A stretch of 64,000 nucleotides of DNA from Candidatus Tayloriibacteriota bacterium (GTDB lineage: Bacteria; Patescibacteriota; Minisyncoccia; Phycocordibacterales; CAIZLB01): positions 9,721 through 73,720 of the forward strand of contig VEQN01000003.1 in the NCBI GenBank assembly GCA_018883165.1. The letters are read 5' to 3'. Below the pieces are notes generated by a model. That model did no database searches, was not told the origin of the DNA, and saw only the letters and a list, made by a program, of their open reading frames with translations. Shown piece by piece: positions 38,636 to 49,500 of the stretch (positions are counted from its first letter, which is position 1; every line of letters starts with the position of its first letter). The translations under genes and the position numbers were made by a program.

Positions 38636-39874
38636 TTATTTACTCAATACTTCAATAGCCTTCTGGAGCTGCAGGTCCTGACCAGCTTTTACGTTCTCAG
38701 GAGTAAGGTCAACGACATGGTCTGGTGTCAAACCACCATCTGAAATGGACTTACCATTAGGAGTGAGCCATCGAGCGATTGTTACTTTAAGCGCTGTATT
38801 GTCTGTCACCTTGATATATTCCTGTACTGACCCTTTTCCGAACGTCTTTGAGCCCACGAGAGTTGCTCTGCCATGCTCTTGGAGTGCTCCTGCGAGGATT
38901 TCTGATGCTGATGCAGATCCCCCATCAACCAAGACGACCATCTTGAGATTATCATTAAAGATATTGTATCCATGACTTCGTTCGATTACTTCTGGTTTAT
39001 TTCCACCAAAACTCTCTCGAACAATCACTTTACCGGGTGGCAAGAACCAACTAGCCATATCAACCGCAGCATCTAGGTATCCTCCTGGGTTTCCACGCAA
39101 ATCAAGAATTAATTTATTTGATTTTGAGTTCACGAAGTCACGTAGTGCATTTCGGAACAAGCCCGGGGATTGTGCTGAGAAATTATATAGTCGAATAGTG
39201 AAAATATTTGTCTGCTTATCGTAGTTTGTATCGATTGTTGGAAGAACAATAACATCTCGCGTGATCTTAATATCAAGTAAATCTTTCTGACCTTCTCTAA
39301 ACACACTAAATTCTACAATTGTCCCCTTCTTACCTCGAATCTTCTGGATAGCAGCTTCAATGGTCATACCCTCAGTAGAGTTCTGATCAATTCTTATTAT
39401 CTTGTCACCCGACTTGATTCCGGCACGCTCAGCTGGGGAGTTCTTTAATGCTGATATAACTGTTAGTGTCTTATCCTTAATGCCCATTTCAATACCAACA
39501 CCTTCGAAATTACCCTCTATCTCACTTTCAAAAACACTTGCAGCCTGTGGTGGGAAGAATGTAGTATACGGGTCACCCATAGCATCAACCATACCCTTTA
39601 TAGCCCCATATACACGGTCTGTATCACTTGGAGTGGTCGTACCATGTGTTGCAACATACTTTTCATTAACCGTATTCCATACTTTCCAAAATAGGGCGAA
39701 ATCAACCTGATTAGGTTTGTCTTTTGTACCATTTAAACTCTCTGAAATGGCTTGCATTTTACTTGCCTCAGCAGTCTGTGATTTACCAGAAATGAATCCG
39801 AATGAAAACACAGCGATTAATACAATCACCAAACCAATAGATATGAGCGTCTTGTTTTGCTCTGAATTGTGCAT
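38636..39874 (-). CDS. ctpA: Carboxyl-terminal processing protease (S41, PDZ)
   Basis: DPYT, FEGVGIE, DLRGNPGG, SASASEI, TFGKGSVQ. Confidence 0.93.
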   Translation of the reverse strand: MHNSEQNKTLISIGLVIVLIAVFSFGFISGKSQTAEASKMQAISESLNGTKDKPNQVDFALFWKVWNTVNEKYVATHGTTTPSDTDRVYGAIKGMVDAMGDPYTTFFPPQAASVFESEIEGNFEGVGIEMGIKDKTLTVISALKNSPAERAGIKSGDKIIRIDQNSTEGMTIEAAIQKIRGKKGTIVEFSVFREGQKDLLDIKITRDVIVLPTIDTNYDKQTNIFTIRLYNFSAQSPGLFRNALRDFVNSKSNKLILDLRGNPGGYLDAAVDMASWFLPPGKVIVRESFGGNKPEVIERSHGYNIFNDNLKMVVLVDGGSASASEILAGALQEHGRATLVGSKTFGKGSVQEYIKVTDNTALKVTIARWLTPNGKSISDGGLTPDHVVDLTPENVKAGQDLQLQKAIEVLSK

Positions 39875-39924
39875 ATAATGTAAGTATCTCAAAGATAAAC
39901 TTTCGGGTCAACCAACAACTCTTC

Positions 39925-41349
39925 ATGCCTTCTAAAAATATATACCTCATAAATACTCTTGGCAGAAAAAAGGAACTTTTCTCCCCTATCTCAAATGGAA
40001 ACGTTGGTATATATCACTGTGGCCCTACAGTATATTGGACACAACACATTGGAAACCTACGAGCAGTAGTTCTAGCAGACACCATTAGGAGAACATTTGA
40101 GTTCGCTGGTTACAATGTTACCTTCGTTCGAAACTACACAGATGTAGGACACCTTACGGGAGACAATGATGGTGATGCGGATACTGGTGAAGATCGAATG
40201 GAAAAAGCATCTAAACGTGAACAGTTGAATCCGGATCTAATTGCACAAAAATACACACTTCAGTTTGATGCAGATATTGCAGCACTAAATACTCTCCCAT
40301 CAACAGTACGTCCCAAAGCAACAGATCATATTGACGAAATGATTGATATGGTTTCAACACTTCTTAGTGATGGCTACGCATATACCACAGATTACGCAGT
40401 GTATTTTGACGTATCGAAATTTGAAGACTACAACAAACTCTCCGGTCAGAAACTTGAAATGCAGGAGCATGGAAAGGGTCACGGTACTGCACATGATACC
40501 AACAAGAGAAACCCAAGTGATTTCGCACTTTGGATATTTAAAGCTGGAGCATACAAAGATGCTCTTCAAACATGGAAGTCCCCATTCGCCTCTCCTCTTG
40601 TAGAAGATGGTATAGGTTTTCCAGGTTGGCACATTGAATGCTCCGCAATGAGTAAGAAATATCTAGGTAACACATTTGATGTTCACATTGGAGGTGTGGA
40701 GCATATTTCCATTCATCACACCAATGAGATAGCACAATCAGTTTGTGCCAACCATGCACCCTTTGCTACATATTGGCTTCATAATGAACACCTACTAGTC
40801 GACAACAAAAAGATGTCCAAATCTGAAGGCACATCATTTACACTAGAAGATATAACAAAAAAGGGATACAACCCTCTTAGCTTACGGTACTTTTTCCTTC
40901 AAGCTCACTACAGATCGAAACAAAACTTTACCTTTGACGGACTTGAAGCTTCTGATACCGCATACAGAAGATTGAAGAATATAATTTCATCACTCCCTGA
41001 AAGTGGTACACTCATCCAGTCGTATGTGGAAGAGTTTGAGAAATACATCTATGATGATTTTAATATCCCAGGAGCTCTTGGAGTACTGTGGGAACTCACA
41101 AAAGATGAACAAGTTTCAAAGGCAGACATGAGGAAAACTGCATTACATTTTGACACTGTACTCGGTCTCTCACTTGAAAAGACAGAGATGGTTACTATTC
41201 CAGATGATATTAAGGCACTACTCGAGGAACGAAAGACTGCGCGTATGAACAAGGACTGGGTTACATCTGACAAAATACGAGATATACTATTAGAGAAAGG
41301 ATACACAGTTCTCGATTCAGGTACTGAACAAACTGTTTTAAAAAAATAA
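39925..41349 (+). CDS. cysS: Cysteinyl-tRNA synthetase
   Basis: CGPTVY..HIGN, GFPGWHIECSAM, HHTNEIAQS, KMSKS. Confidence 0.97.
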   Translation: MPSKNIYLINTLGRKKELFSPISNGNVGIYHCGPTVYWTQHIGNLRAVVLADTIRRTFEFAGYNVTFVRNYTDVGHLTGDNDGDADTGEDRMEKASKREQLNPDLIAQKYTLQFDADIAALNTLPSTVRPKATDHIDEMIDMVSTLLSDGYAYTTDYAVYFDVSKFEDYNKLSGQKLEMQEHGKGHGTAHDTNKRNPSDFALWIFKAGAYKDALQTWKSPFASPLVEDGIGFPGWHIECSAMSKKYLGNTFDVHIGGVEHISIHHTNEIAQSVCANHAPFATYWLHNEHLLVDNKKMSKSEGTSFTLEDITKKGYNPLSLRYFFLQAHYRSKQNFTFDGLEASDTAYRRLKNIISSLPESGTLIQSYVEEFEKYIYDDFNIPGALGVLWELTKDEQVSKADMRKTALHFDTVLGLSLEKTEMVTIPDDIKALLEERKTARMNKDWVTSDKIRDILLEKGYTVLDSGTEQTVLKK

Positions 41350-41352
41350 CAC

Positions 41353-41916
41353 ATGGAACTTTTATTTCTCTCATTGGAACTTGTAAGTGTAGCAGTAGGT
41401 GCCGGTAGTGCATTCATTTTTGACACATTCTTTACACTTTCACTTAAAGATCACAAAATACAACCGCACGAAGAGCGTATGCTCTCAAGGATTAGTCTTT
41501 TTTCAATAATAAGTGCAAGTCTCGGTCTCCTTGTGTACACATTCATACTCGCATTGCAACTCGAGTCTGGAATGATTGGTGCGCTCGATATTGCATTCGC
41601 AAAAATATTCCTCTTTGCAATCGCACTTCTCACAGCACTTACGCTACGGAAGATTCACCTCAAAACACTCCTTCGATATCAAAAAACACATTTTCATCTT
41701 TCACTCACGTTTGGAAAGCATGATGATTCAATCGTAAGTACTGCTGTTTTCTCAACACTCTCATGGATATTCCTCATAACCCTTACCGCTCTCGAACAGT
41801 ACAAAATTGCCGAGGATATCTCAGTCTCAATCTTTGGTGTCACACTTGCATATATATTAATTGGCCTTGTAGGCAGCAGAATTGCCTTGTATTTCAAAAA
41901 TACCCATTTGTCATAA
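41353..41916 (+). CDS. Multi-pass membrane protein
   Basis: About 5 TM helices. Confidence 0.75.
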   Translation: MELLFLSLELVSVAVGAGSAFIFDTFFTLSLKDHKIQPHEERMLSRISLFSIISASLGLLVYTFILALQLESGMIGALDIAFAKIFLFAIALLTALTLRKIHLKTLLRYQKTHFHLSLTFGKHDDSIVSTAVFSTLSWIFLITLTALEQYKIAEDISVSIFGVTLAYILIGLVGSRIALYFKNTHLS

Positions 41917-42011
41917 GGATATTTCATATCCCCAGGATATACACACGTTATTCATATTTTTTACCTTTTTGTCACCTGTAATCCTTCAGATATCTGGGGT
42001 ACAATACAGGT

Positions 42012-43406
42012 ATGTCATCAGGCGTTGCGTCACCATACATAAAAAAAGATTTACGTGTACCACCACACAGTTTAGACGCTGAGCAAGCTGTTCTAGGTTC
42101 AATCATGCTTCGAAAAGATAGTTTGTATGATATCAACGACATCATTACTCCTGATTCCTTCTACAGTGACAGACACAAGCTCATATATAACACCATGATT
42201 GAGCTTGCTACAAAAAATGATCCAATAGATATCCTTTCCCTCAAAACAAAACTTGATGAAAAAAATTTAATTGAACAAGCAGGTGGTGCCGCATATCTTG
42301 CCGAACTTGTACACGTAGTTCCTTCAGCATCAAACGTCGTACACTACGCTGAAATAGTTCAGAAAAAATACATGATGCGAAGACTCATCAGTGCATCAGA
42401 GAAACTCTCTGATTTAGGGTTCAATGAGTCTGGAGATTTAGAACAAATTCTCGATCAAGCTGAACAGCATGTTTTTGAACTTGCAAACAAAGGCACATCA
42501 AGAAAATTCGTACAGATGAAAGATGCCCTCAACGAGACATGGGATGTCATCGACAAGCTACACAATGCCGGTGATTCAATTCGTGGTGTACCAACTGGAT
42601 TCCGTGATCTTGATGCAAAACTCTCAGGTCTACAAAAGTCTGACCTCATCATCCTAGCAGCACGACCATCCGTGGGTAAAACATCATTCGCTCTTGACCT
42701 TGCACGAAACGCAGCACTTAAACACAATGTACCAGTTGCCATATTCTCTCTTGAAATGAGTGCACAGCAACTCACAAGTAGAATGTTGTCTGCGACAGCA
42801 TTCGTGGACTCATGGAAAATTCGAACCGCAAGGCTTCAAGATGAAGATTTTGCAAAGCTTCGAGACGGTATCGACAAGTTGAGCCAAGCACCGATATTCA
42901 TTGATGATGTTCCTGGAAACAACATCATTAAGATGCGAAGTACGGCAAGACGACTTAAATCTGAGAAAGGACTTGGACTCATCATCGTTGACTATCTCCA
43001 ACTCATGATGCCTACACAATCACGAAACAGTGACAACGTAGTACAACAAGTTACTGAAATTTCACGATCTCTCAAAAATCTTGCTCGAGAAATGGATGTA
43101 CCAGTACTTGCCCTCTCACAGCTTTCACGAGCAGTTGAAGCCCGAGGTGGAAAGCCGAGACTTTCAGACCTACGAGACTCTGGATCAATTGAACAGGATG
43201 CAGATGTCGTAATGTTCATCCATAGAGAGGACAGATACAAAGAACATGATCAACGAGATGGTATCGCTGAAATCCTCATTGAAAAGCACAGAAACGGTCC
43301 AACAGGTGTTGTACAGCTCAAGTTCGTTCCTGAGCGAACCACCTTCCTTGATATGGAAAAGAGTGACTTTGGCGGTGAATTTGGTGGTAATGACAACGGA
43401 TTCTAA
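42012..43406 (+). CDS. dnaB: Replicative DNA helicase
   Basis: PPHSLDAEQAVLG, AARPSVGKT, FSLEMS, VDYLQLM, LRDSGSIEQDAD, KHRNGP. Confidence 0.98.
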   Translation: MSSGVASPYIKKDLRVPPHSLDAEQAVLGSIMLRKDSLYDINDIITPDSFYSDRHKLIYNTMIELATKNDPIDILSLKTKLDEKNLIEQAGGAAYLAELVHVVPSASNVVHYAEIVQKKYMMRRLISASEKLSDLGFNESGDLEQILDQAEQHVFELANKGTSRKFVQMKDALNETWDVIDKLHNAGDSIRGVPTGFRDLDAKLSGLQKSDLIILAARPSVGKTSFALDLARNAALKHNVPVAIFSLEMSAQQLTSRMLSATAFVDSWKIRTARLQDEDFAKLRDGIDKLSQAPIFIDDVPGNNIIKMRSTARRLKSEKGLGLIIVDYLQLMMPTQSRNSDNVVQQVTEISRSLKNLAREMDVPVLALSQLSRAVEARGGKPRLSDLRDSGSIEQDADVVMFIHREDRYKEHDQRDGIAEILIEKHRNGPTGVVQLKFVPERTTFLDMEKSDFGGEFGGNDNGF

Positions 43407-43408
43407 CA

Positions 43409-44026
43409 ATGGATACATCAGACAAACTAGAAGAAATATTTAGAAACTTTCCAGGTATTGGTCCAAGACAAGCGAAACGTTTTGTATATCACTTACTGAC
43501 AAAAAGCCAGAATGAGCTTTCTGAGTTTTCTACCTTGCTTACCCAACTCAAATCAACTGTATTCATATGTCCTTCTTGCTTTAGGTTTCATACACAAAAG
43601 TATGCACTGGATCAAAGTGGCCTCTGTTCAATTTGTAGAGACCAAAACAGAAACCACAGACAACTGATGATTGTTGCTCGAGACATTGATGTTGGCGCAC
43701 TAGAGAAAAGCCGTGCTTACAGCGGTAGATACTTTGTTCTTGGTGGAACTGTACCAATTCTCGACAATGATCCAGCCTCAAAGATTCGACAGAAGGAATT
43801 ACTACAACTACTCACTGATAAAGAGTTTGATGAAATCATCATCGCAACAAGTATAAACCCGGAGAGTGAACATACTGCAACATATATCCTTTCCCTTCTA
43901 AAGAAGCACTACGAAAACTCCAAACTACCAAAGGTGACCACGCCTGGAAGAGGGCTTTCCACTGGAACTGAACTTGAATATTCTGACGCAGATACACTCC
44001 GGAGTGCGCTTGAGAATCGAAGATAG
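43409..44026 (+). CDS. recR: Recombination protein RecR
   Basis: FPGIGPRQAKR, C4 zinc finger, Toprim domain, GTELEYSD. Confidence 0.95.
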   Translation: MDTSDKLEEIFRNFPGIGPRQAKRFVYHLLTKSQNELSEFSTLLTQLKSTVFICPSCFRFHTQKYALDQSGLCSICRDQNRNHRQLMIVARDIDVGALEKSRAYSGRYFVLGGTVPILDNDPASKIRQKELLQLLTDKEFDEIIIATSINPESEHTATYILSLLKKHYENSKLPKVTTPGRGLSTGTELEYSDADTLRSALENRR

Positions 44027-44188
44027 GTATTTGACTGATATTAATATTAGTTGTATTGTTTTTTTGGACCAAGGCAACGACTCAGCTTCGGACTCCCCTG
44101 TACTACAAGGTGCGGGAAGTCCAAAGGGGCTTTTCGTGCTGAGCAAAGGCTCTTTTACAGGTAGCATTCGAGTCACCCCTACACAACA

Positions 44189-44941
44189 GTGAACGCAACA
44201 GATACGCCAGTCACAGGCTCACGTGACAACTACAGCCTCACCATGAGGATCCATGGGATGTATTGGAAAAACTGGTGGAGACCACGCCAGGATACAGCAT
44301 ATCTCGATAATCTGACTCATAAGTACCTACCGAACATCAAAAACGGATACCAAGCTAGTCTTGCGTATCATAACAACGAGGGGTACATGGGTGGCAGTGT
44401 AATCTTCCTTGTACTGACACTTCTTGTGTCAGCGTACATTGGATGGATTTGCTCCGAAGAGTCGATCCTGGTACTACCCAAAGAGCACACACTGCTCTTT
44501 GCAGCGTTTGTGCTCCTACTGGCTGGGTTCCTGTTTTTCACTGAGAAATTCTTCAACACCAGAGTGTCCAACTTCACCAAAGAAGTGGCGCTCAGGTGGA
44601 GAACCTTTTTCAACGAGACACTGGAACCTTCCGGCATGATTACACATCTGCTCAACTGGACATCCAAGCTTACTGACTCTGAATACACTGTGGTTGACGA
44701 GAGCTGTACGAACAGTATTCCGCATCACATTGCAGCCACCCTCAGGAAGCTTGCATACGACAGAGCTGTCGACGTCATGAGAGAAGTACAGAAGGTAGAA
44801 AAGAGTAATGATCAGGTTGAACGGAGGAAGCATGACCGTATCCTCTTACCTTTGATATCTTACATCATGATGTCTGAGAATGTCACGTACGAAGATCTAC
44901 GCGCTCAAATCTACAGAGACGCGAAGGTGCGAGCATCGTGA
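44189..44941 (+). CDS. Hypothetical two-TM membrane protein (accessory cassette)
   Basis: 250-aa ORF with its own TTGACT-17-TATTGT promoter (44031-44059) and terminator. The start is uncertain. Confidence 0.65.
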   Translation: MNATDTPVTGSRDNYSLTMRIHGMYWKNWWRPRQDTAYLDNLTHKYLPNIKNGYQASLAYHNNEGYMGGSVIFLVLTLLVSAYIGWICSEESILVLPKEHTLLFAAFVLLLAGFLFFTEKFFNTRVSNFTKEVALRWRTFFNETLEPSGMITHLLNWTSKLTDSEYTVVDESCTNSIPHHIAATLRKLAYDRAVDVMREVQKVEKSNDQVERRKHDRILLPLISYIMMSENVTYEDLRAQIYRDAKVRAS

Positions 44942-44944
44942 CAC

Positions 44945-44980
44945 AAACCCCGCCTCGGCGATTGCCAGGGCGGGGTTTTG
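44945..44980. terminator. Terminator between convergent genes
   Basis: AAACCCCGCC...GGCGGGGTTT. Confidence 0.8.
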
Positions 44981-45007
44981 TACTATTCAAAGGAGTGTTG
45001 CAAATAC

Positions 45008-45382
45008 TTACGCGAGAGTTGTAATCTTAACTTTAAAGAAAGACTGTCGATGACCATTCTTCTTAAAACCTGATCGGTTCTTCTGAATGTATCGAGCTGC
45101 AATTACTTTTGCACTTCTTCCAATTTCAACGATTTCTCCTGAAACTTTTGCTCCTGAAACTGTTGGTGTACCAACTTTTGTCTCTGAACCAGAGTCTGTG
45201 AGGAGAACTTCCTTGAAGTCCACCTTATCACCTACTTTGTATTCACCTGGTAATATTTCAATTTTAATTGAGTCTCCTTCTGAAACTCGGTACTGCTTAC
45301 CACCTGTTTTGATTACAGCAAAAGCGCCTGAAGCAGCCTTTTTTGTAGCAGTTTTAGCTTTAGTTTTTGTAATATTTGCCAT
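45008..45382 (-). CDS. rplU: 50S ribosomal protein L21
   Basis: FAVIKTGGKQYRV.EGD, GHRQ. Confidence 0.97.
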   Translation of the reverse strand: MANITKTKAKTATKKAASGAFAVIKTGGKQYRVSEGDSIKIEILPGEYKVGDKVDFKEVLLTDSGSETKVGTPTVSGAKVSGEIVEIGRSAKVIAARYIQKNRSGFKKNGHRQSFFKVKITTLA

Positions 45383-45439
45383 AGACCACGAGTATACCAG
45401 AAAGAAAAAATATGTGCAATATGGCCACGGTTTAGGAAT

Positions 45440-46282
45440 CTACCTCAACATGAGGGTACCTAAGTATCCATTTGCTGCCTGCATTATTGACCGGTATGAC
45501 TTGTTTTGCTTCTTATCCCCTGTGAAAGAGATCCTATATTTGATACCGTTGTTATATACCTCGTAGATTATGGTAAATGTTTGATTACTCAACTTATCCT
45601 CCAAAAGAAGTGACCTGTTAGCTTCATCAGTATCCAAGAGCTCACCTCGCTTTCGAATATCTTCAAACATATACCAGTAGTACTGATATCCATTGATTCG
45701 CGTAAGTCCCTTTTCAATCAAATTAAAGCCCTGTTTCTCCCAGTTAGTATCTTTCAAGAATCTCCCTCCGTCATGATATTTTGGAAACTTCTCTTTGTAG
45801 TATTCAACACATTCAGGAGCATTAAACTTTCCTGCCCAAAGACTTATAACCAAACGAGTCTCAGGCGTAGTTCCTCCTCCAAAGAGGATTCCAGTAGGTA
45901 CAGATTTAGATCCATATGGTTTTGTCTTATCGAACTCCCCAGAAAGATTCCAACTAAATTTGAAGAAATCACTCGTAAGACTTGCTTTCTTTTCCTTAAG
46001 ATTGAATATACTGGTCACATCTTTATCGAGGAGTGGGTATCCACCTGCATTACATGTTTTTTCAAGTTCAAAGTTAAATGCATCATTGGGGTTATATACT
46101 TTATCAGGGTCAACTTGTCCTTTTGTTTCCGGGATATAGTTTTGACCAGTAAGTGGTCCTTTGTTTCCGAGAGTGAGCTTATCAATCGGACTTCGAATTT
46201 TTCCTAAACTGATGTATACTAAAGGCAAGACCACAAGTGCTACCACAAAGACAATTATGAGTACAACGAGTGCATGCTTCAT
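45440..46282 (-). CDS. Hypothetical N-terminally anchored protein
   Basis: 280-aa ORF with an N-terminal TM helix. Confidence 0.7.
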   Translation of the reverse strand: MKHALVVLIIVFVVALVVLPLVYISLGKIRSPIDKLTLGNKGPLTGQNYIPETKGQVDPDKVYNPNDAFNFELEKTCNAGGYPLLDKDVTSIFNLKEKKASLTSDFFKFSWNLSGEFDKTKPYGSKSVPTGILFGGGTTPETRLVISLWAGKFNAPECVEYYKEKFPKYHDGGRFLKDTNWEKQGFNLIEKGLTRINGYQYYWYMFEDIRKRGELLDTDEANRSLLLEDKLSNQTFTIIYEVYNNGIKYRISFTGDKKQNKSYRSIMQAANGYLGTLMLR

Positions 46283-46291
46283 ATGTATATA

Positions 46292-47401
46292 TTATATCTC
46301 TTCTTGTAATGGTTTTTCAATGACTAATGGCTCAACCGGTGTTCCCTCAACCCCTCCCGTTATTTTCATAACATCCTTATCAATCTTCTTAAGCTCATTG
46401 TGTGCTTTGTTGTAGTGATTTACTGTTGTAGACAAACTCTTACCTACTGAATTCATGTATTCATCATATGCTCGAATGTGCTCACCAAGTTTCTGTACAT
46501 TCTTTCGAATTTCTTTTGCTGATTCTTCAATTTGAAGAGCTTTCAAGCCTTGGAGCACTGTTTGAAGATATGCAAGGAATGATGTTGGGGACACGATAAT
46601 TACATGCTTTTCTTTAAATGCATATTCAATCAAATCTCTTGTATTAATTTTCACTGATCCAACCTGTGCAACGAGAAGATCATAGTAGATGGCTTCATGT
46701 GGAATGAACATGAATGCAAATTCCATAGTGTTCTCATCAGGCTTAATATATTTAGATGTCTCATCAATACGATTCTTCAAGTCATTCTTGAATGCTTTTT
46801 CCAATCGTTCTTTCTCTTGCGGATCACGTTCTTCAACCAATCTGTTGTAGTTCTCCAAACTAAACTTTGAATCAATCGGAATTACTTTGTCTTTTACAAA
46901 CACTGCCGCATCAACAATGGTTCCATCCTTGAATGGATATTGCATTTGAAAACCTCCAGTTGGAAGTACATTCTTGAGGAGAGTTTCAAGATAATATTCA
47001 CCAAGTATTCCTCGTTGTTTTGGATTCTTAAGAATATCTTGAAGTGATTGAAGCTGATCTGCAAATGAAACCACCTGTTTGTTAGTCTCATCAAGTTTTG
47101 TGAGTCGTTCAGTAACATCTTTAAGTAGCTTGAATGATTCACCAGTCTGATGTCTTACTGTTTCTTGCATTTCTTTGTGTGATTCACCAAGCTTTCCATC
47201 AACCAACTTACTCATATCCAATATCTTTGAATCAACAGTTCTCCCAAGTTCGTTGATTTGCTGGAGCAAAAGCTGCAACCCAGCATTGTCTTCTACTTTT
47301 TCAGGTTTGGCTCCTTTGCTTCGAAGGTAAATGATGGCCAAAAAGAGTATGTTGATAGCGATCAATATTAACGCTACAATGAGTATCATTGAATTATTCA
47401 T
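46292..47401 (-). CDS. rmuC: DNA recombination protein RmuC
   Basis: TM anchor, coiled coil, K.RG.LGE..LE, IDSKF, FAFMFIP.E, SPTS. Confidence 0.92.
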   Translation of the reverse strand: MNNSMILIVALILIAINILFLAIIYLRSKGAKPEKVEDNAGLQLLLQQINELGRTVDSKILDMSKLVDGKLGESHKEMQETVRHQTGESFKLLKDVTERLTKLDETNKQVVSFADQLQSLQDILKNPKQRGILGEYYLETLLKNVLPTGGFQMQYPFKDGTIVDAAVFVKDKVIPIDSKFSLENYNRLVEERDPQEKERLEKAFKNDLKNRIDETSKYIKPDENTMEFAFMFIPHEAIYYDLLVAQVGSVKINTRDLIEYAFKEKHVIIVSPTSFLAYLQTVLQGLKALQIEESAKEIRKNVQKLGEHIRAYDEYMNSVGKSLSTTVNHYNKAHNELKKIDKDVMKITGGVEGTPVEPLVIEKPLQEEI

Positions 47402-47418
47402 AACAAAATTAGTATACC

Positions 47419-47871
47419 ATGACACTCCAGGAAACAATTAAAGGTAGTCTTAAAGAAGCCATGATGGCAAAGGATACTGTTCGAATGACAGTTATTCGTG
47501 GTCTCATGAGTGCATTCACCAATGAACTCGTAGCTATCGGACGAACTCCACAAGATTCACTTACAGACGATGAAGTACTTACTGTAATTCGAAGAGGTGT
47601 AAAGCAGCGAAAGGATGCCATTGAGCAATTTACAACCGGTGGACGACCAGATCTTGCAGAGAGTGAAGCTGCCGAGCTTAAGATTCTTGAAGTATATCTC
47701 CCACAAATGATGTCTCGAGAAGAAATTAAAACTTTTGCTGAAGCAAAGAAGGCTGAGCTTGGTGTAACTGACAAAACCAAGGTTGGTATACTCATGAGTG
47801 CACTCATGAAAGACCTCAAAGGTAAAGCTGACGGATCTGATGTAAAAGCAGTAGTTGAATCACTGTTTTAA
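47419..47871 (+). CDS. GatB/YqeY domain protein
   Basis: LKEAM.AKD..R, KQRKDAIEQF..GGR.DL, YLPQ, GKADG. Confidence 0.92.
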   Translation: MTLQETIKGSLKEAMMAKDTVRMTVIRGLMSAFTNELVAIGRTPQDSLTDDEVLTVIRRGVKQRKDAIEQFTTGGRPDLAESEAAELKILEVYLPQMMSREEIKTFAEAKKAELGVTDKTKVGILMSALMKDLKGKADGSDVKAVVESLF

Positions 47872-47995
47872 ATCCCACCCCAAACAATATTTGACAAAAC
47901 GTGTTTAAATATGTCATAATATTTCATTGAACTAATTCCCTCATTCCGAGGGTTTTCGTTTAATATCAGATCCTCGACAACACCCATAACACCTC

Positions 47996-48271
47996 ATGAA
48001 ACGTATCCTTATCGTCTTCACCCTCACCTTAGGGCTAGCTAGCTTTTTTTACTGGCAAGCTCCTTCCAAGCAGGATGGCAAGAAATCTCGAACCTACGAA
48101 GTGACTCGTGTCACATCAGACAGTTCGGAGCCAAATCTTGTCATCGGTAATGTGACGGTCACCATCGATCCGAGCAATGAGCCGGCCAGTCCACCAGAGA
48201 GCGATCCTCTCTGGCAACAAGCAAGAGCTGACGCTTTGAAACAGCAGCAGCAAAACAAGAAAGCAGAATAA
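47996..48271 (+). CDS. Small secreted or anchored hypothetical protein
   Basis: Signal-like N-terminus; own promoter TTGACA..TGT-CATAAT (47891-47920). Confidence 0.65.
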   Translation: MKRILIVFTLTLGLASFFYWQAPSKQDGKKSRTYEVTRVTSDSSEPNLVIGNVTVTIDPSNEPASPPESDPLWQQARADALKQQQQNKKAE

Positions 48272-48298
48272 CAACCCACACCCACCCGACACACTCAG

Positions 48299-49474
48299 AT
48301 GAAAACCATTCTCACTCTTCTCGCCAGCTTGTTGCTGGTCTCTAACATGTTCGCTGGTCCAACGACCACGACAACCACCACGCAAACAACGACAGCGAGT
48401 GCAGCTCCTGCACCCGAAGAAATGTTGATGTTGTCTAGCGCCGCCGAGCTCAAGCTCTACGCGCTCAGCTCCATCACGTCTGCCAGTTCGTTTGTCTGGG
48501 GCCAGTCCATCCTGCGGTCTGTCGGCGACGTCACAAGTATCTATGTCGAAGGCGACGTTGATCAGGTCACAGAGCGCCTGCTCCTGCCTGGTAACCAGTT
48601 CCGCTTCAAAGTGCGAAACAACAACGAAGTCTATGTCTACGCAACACTGAATAACTCCAGTGGCGAGAGCCTCTTTACGAGTTATGCTCCTGCGGCTCCA
48701 ATCGCAGGTGGTGGACAGTTGGTCATCAATCCAACGCTGCGACTCCAGATGAATTGGGTCATCCCCGTGTATTTCCCTGGCGCCCAATACGCGACCATTT
48801 ACTACACCGATGATCAAGGTAACTCCTGGCAAGAAAATCTGAACGTCGGCAACGGGAAAATCTACTTCCCAGTCAACTATGCTGGCCGCGGCACACTCGT
48901 CGTTGGTCGCCAGTATCCAAACAACGCCACTGGCGGATACGATTTGGAAGTTGCCTATAACCTGACCACAGGTGCCCTGATTCAAAGCCAGGTCATCGCA
49001 AGTCAGGTTGGATATGTTGGTATCGAGAACTACATCGCCTTCAGCGACAAACTCTCACCAACAATTGGCACCTTGGTTTTGACCACGAGCATGACTCCAC
49101 CATCGAAAGATCAGTGGGGCTTCATATCCCCTCCCACCGGCTCCATCAAACTGGAGTCCACGCAGGAAGGAGCAAGCCGCCCATTCAAACTCAATGTCAG
49201 CTTCTCGTGCACCCCACAGGAACTCGGAACCATTCAGGCGTTCGCCTATGACCCGACAACTGCTGATGCAGATGGCTTTGTCGACGAGTTCCCTGGAGTT
49301 GTGACTACGACAAGTTTTCAAACTCCCAGTGGAACTACGCAGACAAACGTGACGGTGACCTGGACGGTCACCCGAAACACCGCTACCTCCAAGTGGCTGT
49401 GGCGTCTCGAGACGACAGGATTCAACAAGCAAGCGAAGCCTCAACCACCCTATTACGGAGTTGGCAAAGGCTAG
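48299..49474 (+). CDS. Secreted beta-rich hypothetical protein with a Thr-rich linker
   Basis: Signal peptide followed by PTTTTTTTQTTT; visibly higher GC than the core genes. Confidence 0.75.
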   Translation: MKTILTLLASLLLVSNMFAGPTTTTTTTQTTTASAAPAPEEMLMLSSAAELKLYALSSITSASSFVWGQSILRSVGDVTSIYVEGDVDQVTERLLLPGNQFRFKVRNNNEVYVYATLNNSSGESLFTSYAPAAPIAGGGQLVINPTLRLQMNWVIPVYFPGAQYATIYYTDDQGNSWQENLNVGNGKIYFPVNYAGRGTLVVGRQYPNNATGGYDLEVAYNLTTGALIQSQVIASQVGYVGIENYIAFSDKLSPTIGTLVLTTSMTPPSKDQWGFISPPTGSIKLESTQEGASRPFKLNVSFSCTPQELGTIQAFAYDPTTADADGFVDEFPGVVTTTSFQTPSGTTQTNVTVTWTVTRNTATSKWLWRLETTGFNKQAKPQPPYYGVGKG

Positions 49475-49500
49475 TCGATGCAAAAGCGTCTTCATGAGGA

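Noticed and set aside
39868-39895. GTGCATATAATGTAAG similar to the left arm of dif
   Set aside because: The right arm does not match and the site overlaps the ctpA start region.
48116-48985. 289-aa antisense ORF, and other long shadow ORFs such as 61815-62612 and 1366-1980
   Set aside because: They are antisense to well-supported genes and explained by codon bias.
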